Shown piece by piece: positions 58,601 to 64,000 of a stretch of 64,000 bases of DNA. Below the pieces are notes generated by a model that was not told where the DNA came from, did not search any database, and worked only from the letters and a program-made list of their open reading frames with translations. Numbering within the stretch: position 1 is the stretch's first letter; every line of letters starts with the position of its first letter. The stretch covers positions 832,001 to 896,000 of the forward strand of contig CAVRGP010000011.1 in the NCBI GenBank assembly GCA_963720755.1, in the 5' to 3' direction. The position numbers and the translations under genes are program-made. The DNA comes from an uncultured Chloroflexia bacterium. GTDB lineage: Bacteria > Chloroflexota > Limnocylindria > Limnocylindrales > CSP1-4.

Positions 58601-59320
58601 TGGGCTGCGGCGCCATCTCCGATGCCGGCGCCGAGCCCGGCGCGGCTTGGCCAGCTTCGTCGTCGGTTCCACGAGCTTGGCGCGGTGAACCCATTCGCCG
58701 TGGGCGAATACGCCGCGCTCAAGGAGCGGCTCGATACGCTCGAGACCCAGGCATCCGACTTGACCACCGCGATCACCCGAACCCGCGAGTTGATCGCGGA
58801 GCTTGAGACGATGATCGCGGACCGCTTTCGGACCACCTTCCAGGCGCTGGAAGCGGCGTTCGCCACCAGGTTCGAGCAGCTATTCGGGGGTGGGTACGCC
58901 CGGCTGTCATTGACCGACCCAGCGGATCTCGGGTCGACCGGGATCGAGATCGTGGCCAGGCCGCCTGGCAAGAAGGCGCAGGCGCTCGCGATGCTGTCCG
59001 GTGGCGAGCGAGCTCTCACCGCGGTGGCCCTGTTGTTCGCGATGCTCGAAGTCCGACCGGTCCCGTTCTGCGTCCTCGACGAGGTCGATGCCGCGCTCGA
59101 CGAAGCCAATATCGGTCGGTTCGCGGATGCCCTCCGCAGCCTCGCCCACCAGACCCAGTTCATCGTGATCACGCACAACCGAGGCACGATCGAGGCGGCC
59201 GATGCCCTGTATGGCGTGACCGTTGGCGATGATTCGGTCAGCCGGGTGATCAGCCTGCGGCTCGATGAGGCCCAGGCCCTGGCGGCGCGCGACGGCGAGC
59301 GCGCGTCAGTCGGCGGGTAG
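55616..59320 (+). CDS. smc: SMC chromosome segregation protein
   Basis: GFKSF, GPNGSGKS, coiled coils, LSGGE, LDEVDAALD; rnc-smc-ftsY synteny. Confidence 0.95.
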   Translation: MSTIGPPTEPRLLALRLQGFKSFAERTNVEFGPGISAVVGPNGSGKSNLADALRWALGEQGRALRSRKSEDVIWAGSEKRAAQGMADVTLVLDNADGLLPVEFQVLELGRRLYRSGENDYLLNKSRIRLRDLVDLLDAAHLADNAFLFIGQGMVDQALALRPEERRPLFEEVAGVRRHERRRRKAEEQLVESEANLARVEDILGELRPQARRLAAQAEQQANRDTTADELMAALLISMHTRWYEAARRSEIVEGVRARAASAVEQAMRELSVAEHAATTLSGELAARTRLERDRREAHDAAQAAVTEARLRDARLASELEAVERDRERLQAERLAAEAELATGRRALASPVPSRDLDLEFAAATAERDLADALAELVALRTARQAQGQELAALRRVAAARQAERETIRRQLVDIEERASEAAAEAEVATIRRTALESEVALAGAAVVEATERERVAATDREAARDGASTAEAARVAANEQVVAASSSLAALRARLDGLERRLAEEEQRGIATAARRIGGRRLDEDLDIDPTLRAASEAALADATRAYLVGADHVQGLANERGALVVTERATGPAGPVDARERRFREAIQAAGGGTLDAAVRRDATGAARRILARAAWLPDLATCLEVQAGLPPGWILVPRDGSAVVTDLGVTFGAGESVLERRAEATRLTHEIEVIDSKLDTLREIDERRTIAARDALAAVEAARAEESRASGERRAAEEAERVVARRLETAVRESTWHEAQAARLELDRARAAEAVAADEAVPSGPDDHADGRPGDESDDGAALAAWEARATELRVRRDRLAAKVSQGETARREADNRRANAEASTRIAEERIARADADSLRLGERERALHEERDILRTDLATSIARGSAARDALAEVHAADAADRDRLAAAERDASASRERLRAVDSRLRGADHDALEARLALDSLHETMVAELASLGDLASDRLTALAGAPATEAEPARAGDGPDGEGGGSAADGADDIVALEALLGRATARWAAAPSPMPAPSPARLGQLRRRFHELGAVNPFAVGEYAALKERLDTLETQASDLTTAITRTRELIAELETMIADRFRTTFQALEAAFATRFEQLFGGGYARLSLTDPADLGSTGIEIVARPPGKKAQALAMLSGGERALTAVALLFAMLEVRPVPFCVLDEVDAALDEANIGRFADALRSLAHQTQFIVITHNRGTIEAADALYGVTVGDDSVSRVISLRLDEAQALAARDGERASVGG

Positions 59321-59330
59321 GCTCGACCGC

Positions 59331-60491
59331 ATGCCGTTCTGGCGCCGCAAACGCGATGAGGAAGAGGCGGCCGTCCCGGGTCCCGCTGTCCCGGATCCCG
59401 CTGTCCCGGATCCCGCCTCCCAGCCGACCGACGCGGGCGCGTCCGACGAAGTCGTCGCCGACTGGGAGCCACCGGCGACCGACTTCGACGATCCGAGCGA
59501 CGTTGCCGCCACCCCGGCCGAACCGAGCGGAGTGCCACTCGAACCCACCCTGCTCGAGCCCACCCCGCCCGAACCGGTCGTCGCCGTCGTCGAACCGGCC
59601 AGCCAGTCCCTCGAGGACGGCCTCGAGCGCACCCGGGGCGGGTTCATGTCACGCCTGCGCGGCGTGCTGGAGAGCGGCGCCGAGGGCGGTCCGTCCTGGG
59701 ACGAGGTGGAAGAGACCTTGATCGCCGGCGATGTCGGTGCCGCACTGGCGATCGATCTGGTCGAGCGCGCGAGGCTGAGCCGTGAACCCGGCGGACCGGA
59801 GGCCGCGATCCGGACTGAGCTCGCGGCGTTGCTCGTGCCGCGCGACCTGGCCTGGCGGCCGACGTCGGCCGTGGCCGGCGGGCCGGCCGTCGTCCTGGTC
59901 GTGGGCGTCAACGGGACCGGCAAGACGACGACGATCGGCAAACTCGCCAGCCGCTACAAGGCTGAAGGCAGCACGGTGATCCTGGCGGCCGCCGATACCT
60001 TCCGTGCGGCCGCGATCGACCAACTCAGGATCTGGGCGGATCGGGCCAGGGTGCCGATCATCGCCCACGCGCCGGGCGCCGATCCGGGGGCCGTGGTCTA
60101 CGACGCCCTCGATGCGGCGGTCGCCCGGGGCGTGGATATGGTCATCGCCGATACGGCGGGTCGCCTGCACACCCGCTCGAACCTGATGGACGAATTGGCC
60201 AAGGTCCGTCGCGTGATCGACAAGCGGCTGCCCGGGGCCGAGCCCGAGACGATCTTCGTCCTGGACGCCACGACGGGGCAGAACGGATTGGCCCAGGCCA
60301 AGGCGTTCCACGAGGCCGTCGGATTGACCGGGGTCGTCCTGACCAAGCTCGACTCGACGGCCAAGGGCGGGATCATCTTCGCGATCGAGGATGCGCTCAA
60401 GGTGCCGGTCAGGTTCGTCGGCGTCGGCGAGTCGGTCGGGGACCTGCTCCCGTTCGACCCTGACGCATTCGTGGCCGCGCTGTTCGACTGA
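59331..60491 (+). CDS. ftsY: SRP receptor FtsY
   Basis: [29 protein letters not shown]. Confidence 0.96.
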   Translation: MPFWRRKRDEEEAAVPGPAVPDPAVPDPASQPTDAGASDEVVADWEPPATDFDDPSDVAATPAEPSGVPLEPTLLEPTPPEPVVAVVEPASQSLEDGLERTRGGFMSRLRGVLESGAEGGPSWDEVEETLIAGDVGAALAIDLVERARLSREPGGPEAAIRTELAALLVPRDLAWRPTSAVAGGPAVVLVVGVNGTGKTTTIGKLASRYKAEGSTVILAAADTFRAAAIDQLRIWADRARVPIIAHAPGADPGAVVYDALDAAVARGVDMVIADTAGRLHTRSNLMDELAKVRRVIDKRLPGAEPETIFVLDATTGQNGLAQAKAFHEAVGLTGVVLTKLDSTAKGGIIFAIEDALKVPVRFVGVGESVGDLLPFDPDAFVAALFD

Positions 60492-60506
60492 CAGACCAGG
60501 GTCCGC

Positions 60507-61829
60507 TCAGGCGCCCGGGGGCTGGTCCATCTCCACGGCGACGGCGACCGCCACCGGATCGATCAACGGACTGCCCGCGACGGCAGGTGGCAGGACCATC
60601 AGGTGGCGAACCGGCGAGAACCACAGGACGGCCGCCCCGGCCAACCCGCCAAGTGGAGCCAGCCACGATGTCGCCCGCAGGCCGATCACCTCGGCCAGGA
60701 CGCCCGCCGCCAGGGTCGCCACGAGCTGGGCCAGGACGGCGGCCACATGAAACGTCGAGGACACGCGGCCGAGTGCTCGATCGTGGACCAGGGTCTGGCG
60801 GACGGACACCTCCGTGATGTCGTAGACGGTGGCAGCCGAATCGGCCACGAGCTGCTGGACGACGAGACAGCCGATCGCGACGATGGGCAGCCCCGCTGGA
60901 GCCAGGGGAACGAACGCATTCCCGATCGCAGCCAGGATCATCGCGCCGACCGCAACTCGTCCCACCCCCCACCGACGGGTCGCTCGGCCGGCGGCGACCG
61001 CCCCGATGAACGACGACGCGCCGCCGACGCCCGCGACGACACCGAGCACGGCCGGGCTCAGTTCGAGCTCGTCGAGGACGAACAGGAACCAGGTCGCTCC
61101 GAAGACGCCCCACAGGACGGCCAACGACATCTGCGCCCCGGCGAATGCCCGCAGGATCGGGTCGTGTCGCACAAGCGCGAGTCCGACCCGGATCTCAGTC
61201 AGGACCGATTCGCGATCCTTGACGTCCGGCGGCGCGGGCTCGGGCCGTCGGATCGACAGGAGCAGCAGCGCCGACACGAGGTAGGTCACGGCGTCGATCG
61301 CGATGGCGATCGGCGCGGTCAGGAGCTGGACGAGGAAACCGCTGATACCGAATGCGGTGAATTCCGCTGCCGACCCACTGGCGGCCAGCGCGCTGTTCGC
61401 GCCGACCAGCCCTTCTCGCTCGACGATCGTCGGCAGGTAGGCGTTGTCGGCGGCGTCGAAGAACGTCGTCAGGATCGCCGCCAGGCCTGAGACGACGAAC
61501 AGTTGCGGGAGACCGAGGACCCCGAGCGCGAACGCGATCGGGATGGAGCCGAGCAGGGCCGCCCGGCCGAGATCGGCCCAGATGAGGACCGGACGTCGCC
61601 GAAGCCGATCGACCCACGCTCCCGCGACCAGGCCGAACAGGAGTGTTGCCCCGAGATCGAGCCCGCGCAGGGCGGCGACCTCGATGGCGCCGGATCCGAG
61701 GACGAGGATCGCCACCAGCGGCAGCGCGATCCGCGTGATGAGTGACCCGAAGATGGAGATCGACGCCGCTGCCCACACCCGAACGAAGGCATGATTGCGC
61801 CAGAGCGGAGCGGCGAACGGATTGGGCAC
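60507..61829 (-). CDS. MFS transporter (DHA3/Mef-like)
   Basis: About 12 TM; GAWVDRLRRRPV motif A. Confidence 0.9.
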   Translation of the reverse strand: MPNPFAAPLWRNHAFVRVWAAASISIFGSLITRIALPLVAILVLGSGAIEVAALRGLDLGATLLFGLVAGAWVDRLRRRPVLIWADLGRAALLGSIPIAFALGVLGLPQLFVVSGLAAILTTFFDAADNAYLPTIVEREGLVGANSALAASGSAAEFTAFGISGFLVQLLTAPIAIAIDAVTYLVSALLLLSIRRPEPAPPDVKDRESVLTEIRVGLALVRHDPILRAFAGAQMSLAVLWGVFGATWFLFVLDELELSPAVLGVVAGVGGASSFIGAVAAGRATRRWGVGRVAVGAMILAAIGNAFVPLAPAGLPIVAIGCLVVQQLVADSAATVYDITEVSVRQTLVHDRALGRVSSTFHVAAVLAQLVATLAAGVLAEVIGLRATSWLAPLGGLAGAAVLWFSPVRHLMVLPPAVAGSPLIDPVAVAVAVEMDQPPGA

Positions 61830-61963
61830 GGGACGCGCAGCATAGTGCCCGCGACAAGCCTGCGGTACACTCCACCCACTCGGTGCGTCAGAACTCGCGC
61901 ACCACCCCGGTTCGACCACGCGACGATCCGGCCCACCGACACCCTTGGAGTCCTACCCGGACC

Positions 61964-63295
61964 ATGTTCGATAGCCTGAGCGACCGACTTCGCAAGACAC
62001 TCGGTGACCTGACCGGCCGCGGCCGGATCAGCGAGGCCGATGTCGATGCCGCCATGCGCGACATCCGATTGGCCCTGCTCGAGGCGGACGTCAATTTCAA
62101 GGTGGTCAAGGAATTCGTCGCCCGCGTCCGTGAACGGGCGATCGGTCACGAGGTCCTCGACAGCCTGTCGGCCGGTCAGCAGGTCGTGAAGATCGTCAAC
62201 GATGAACTCGTGGCGCTCCTCTCGGCGGGCGATCGGAACTTCCACCTCTCGGGGAACCCGGCGGTCATCGCGATGGTCGGCCTCCAGGGTTCCGGCAAGA
62301 CGACGTCGAGCGCGAAACTCGCGCGCCACGTCGTTCGACTCGGCCGTCGGCCGCTCCTGGTCGCCGCCGATCCGTACCGGCCGGCCGCCGCCGATCAGCT
62401 CGAGACGCTCGGCAAGAGTCTCGATATCCCCGTCTACCGGGCTCCCGTCGGGACCCCGGTGGTGGAGATCGTCCGGGGCGGCGTCGAGGCGGCCAGGCGC
62501 CAGGTGCGCGACGTCGTGATCCTCGACACCGCCGGCCGCCTGTCCGTCGACGAAGCCCTGATGGCCGAGATCGCCGCGGTCAACGCGGCCGTCAAGCCGG
62601 TCGAGACATTGCTCGTGGTCGATGCGATGACCGGACAGGAAGCGGTCGCCGTGGCGCAGGCGTTCGTCGCCGCCGTTCCGGTCACCGGCCTGATCCTGAC
62701 CAAGATCGATGGTGACGCGCGCGGCGGCGCTGCCCTGTCCATCTCGGCCGTGACCGGCGTCCCGGTGAAGTTCCTCGGGACCGGCGAGAAGACCGATGCC
62801 CTCGATGTCTTCCACCCCGATCGCCTGGCCAGCCGGATCCTCGGCATGGGCGACATCCTGACCCTCGTCGAACGGGCGCAGGAACACGTCGACCAGACCC
62901 AGGCAGCCCGTCTCGAGGAGAAGATGCGCAAGGGCGGGTTCACCCTCGACGACATGCTCGAGTCGATGCAGCAGATGCAGAAGATGGGTCCGCTCGGGCA
63001 GGTCATGTCGATGATCCCCGGGATGGGCAACCTGGCCGGTGAAGCCCAGGCCGCCGTTGATCGTGGCGATCTGAAGCGGACGGAGGCGATCATCCGGGCG
63101 ATGACGTCGTCCGAACGACGCGACCCCAACGTCCTGAATAGCTCACGACGCCGACGGATCGCCGCCGGCTCGGGCACCACGCTGCCGGACGTCAACCGGC
63201 TGGTGAAGCAGTTCCTCGAGATGCAGAAACTCATGAAGCAACTTTCCGGGGGCGGCAAGCGAGCCGCCCTTGGCGCGTTGACGGGCCGGCGATGA
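61964..63295 (+). CDS. ffh: Signal recognition particle protein
   Basis: LLEADV, GLQGSGKTT, DTAGR, TKIDGDARGG, M domain RRRRIAAGSG. Confidence 0.97.
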   Translation: MFDSLSDRLRKTLGDLTGRGRISEADVDAAMRDIRLALLEADVNFKVVKEFVARVRERAIGHEVLDSLSAGQQVVKIVNDELVALLSAGDRNFHLSGNPAVIAMVGLQGSGKTTSSAKLARHVVRLGRRPLLVAADPYRPAAADQLETLGKSLDIPVYRAPVGTPVVEIVRGGVEAARRQVRDVVILDTAGRLSVDEALMAEIAAVNAAVKPVETLLVVDAMTGQEAVAVAQAFVAAVPVTGLILTKIDGDARGGAALSISAVTGVPVKFLGTGEKTDALDVFHPDRLASRILGMGDILTLVERAQEHVDQTQAARLEEKMRKGGFTLDDMLESMQQMQKMGPLGQVMSMIPGMGNLAGEAQAAVDRGDLKRTEAIIRAMTSSERRDPNVLNSSRRRRIAAGSGTTLPDVNRLVKQFLEMQKLMKQLSGGGKRAALGALTGRR

Positions 63296-63314
63296 GCCGG
63301 CAGGAGGCCCCGCG

Positions 63315-64000
63315 ATGACCGACGATCGTGATCCACGCCCCGACACGACGACGACCGACCTTGACGCGACCACGCGGATCGATGCGGCGCCACCGCCGCT
63401 GACGCCCCTCCGGGGAACGACGCCGGCGGACTCAGGCCTCCAATCGGGGACGGCATGGGCCAGTCCGGAGCCGGTCGTGCCGGCGGGCAGCCCGCCCACC
63501 CATCGCAGCCGACTTCGGTGGGCGGCCGCGATCGGCGTCGTGGCCGTCGTGCTCGCGGCGTCGGCGGCGGTGGCCGCCCTCCTGACCGGCGCGGCTCCCG
63601 CGTCCAGCGTCGTCGGGTATGTCCCGGCAGACACGGTGGTGTACGGCGAGGTCCGGCTTGACCTTCCGGGCGACCAGCGACAGGCCGTCGGTTCATTCCT
63701 GCAGAAGTTCCCGGGGTTCGCCGACCAGGCCAGCCTCGACGCCAAGCTGGACCAGGTCCTGGACGACCTGGTTCGCAACGCCACGAACGACACCCAGACC
63801 TACACCGGCGACATCAAGTCCTGGTTCGGCGGTGAGATCGCCTACGGTGTCGGCCCGCTGCCGGCGGCCTCGTCGATCACCGGCGGTGGCTCGATGGCGT
63901 CGGCCCGGGCGCTCGTGGTGGTGTCCATCACCGATGGCGCCCTCGCCCAGACGTGGCTGTCGACGGCGGTCGCCGGCACGGGTGCGTCGACCACGACCGA
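63315..64000 (+). CDS. Membrane-anchored DUF3352-like protein, runs off the window
   Basis: SD AGGAGG; low-complexity N-terminus, one TM, then YVPADTVVYGEVRLDLP...DIKSWFGGE. Confidence 0.65.
   Translation, partial: MTDDRDPRPDTTTTDLDATTRIDAAPPPLTPLRGTTPADSGLQSGTAWASPEPVVPAGSPPTHRSRLRWAAAIGVVAVVLAASAAVAALLTGAAPASSVVGYVPADTVVYGEVRLDLPGDQRQAVGSFLQKFPGFADQASLDAKLDQVLDDLVRNATNDTQTYTGDIKSWFGGEIAYGVGPLPAASSITGGGSMASARALVVVSITDGALAQTWLSTAVAGTGASTTT

Noticed and set aside
56000-58672. Long antisense ORFs (this 890-aa one; also 14575-16590, 34196-36286, 31342-32952)
   Set aside because: These are shadows of well-supported genes, expected from high-GC codon bias, and show no protein motifs.
59370-59417. 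15-bp tandem repeat in ftsY
   Set aside because: It encodes low-complexity PAVPD linker in the variable N-terminal region.

Overview
High-GC bacterial DNA. Gene content and order suggest Chloroflexota, possibly Limnocylindria (inference). (1) 1-9865: a small integrative element with a tyrosine integrase, RHH-like and excisionase-like genes, an AAA_25 helicase followed by iterons, and cargo genes; it ends in a 3' fragment of tRNA-Cys (att). (2) 9866-~12300: an apparent second, decayed element carrying a paralogous small-gene/promoter module and broken genes. A family of same-orientation ~60-80 bp hairpin repeats separates the single cargo genes of both elements in a cassette-like way and coincides with two gene truncations. 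(3) 12453-20511: an operon encoding a MinD/ParA ATPase, an extended amino-acid permease, a GAF/PAS hybrid histidine kinase, an Hpt protein and an output-less receiver. (4) tRNA-Leu(UAA) followed by a 1.8-kb integrase-less islet (phosphoesterase) closed by a 33-bp duplicate of the tRNA 3' end. (5) ~25-64 kb: housekeeping genes (rpsF-ssb-rpsR, ilvE, LCP, ileS-lspA-rluD-like-gmk-priA, def-fmt-rlmN-rpe-dtd, rpmB, DAK2-recG-rsmD-coaD, yceD-rpmF-plsX-nusB-acpP-rnc-smc-ftsY, ffh). Oddities here are a GXHH-type IleRS2, an Rpe C-terminal fusion, a probable ATC start codon and many apparently leaderless genes. All product calls come from motif recognition by eye; no database searches were run.
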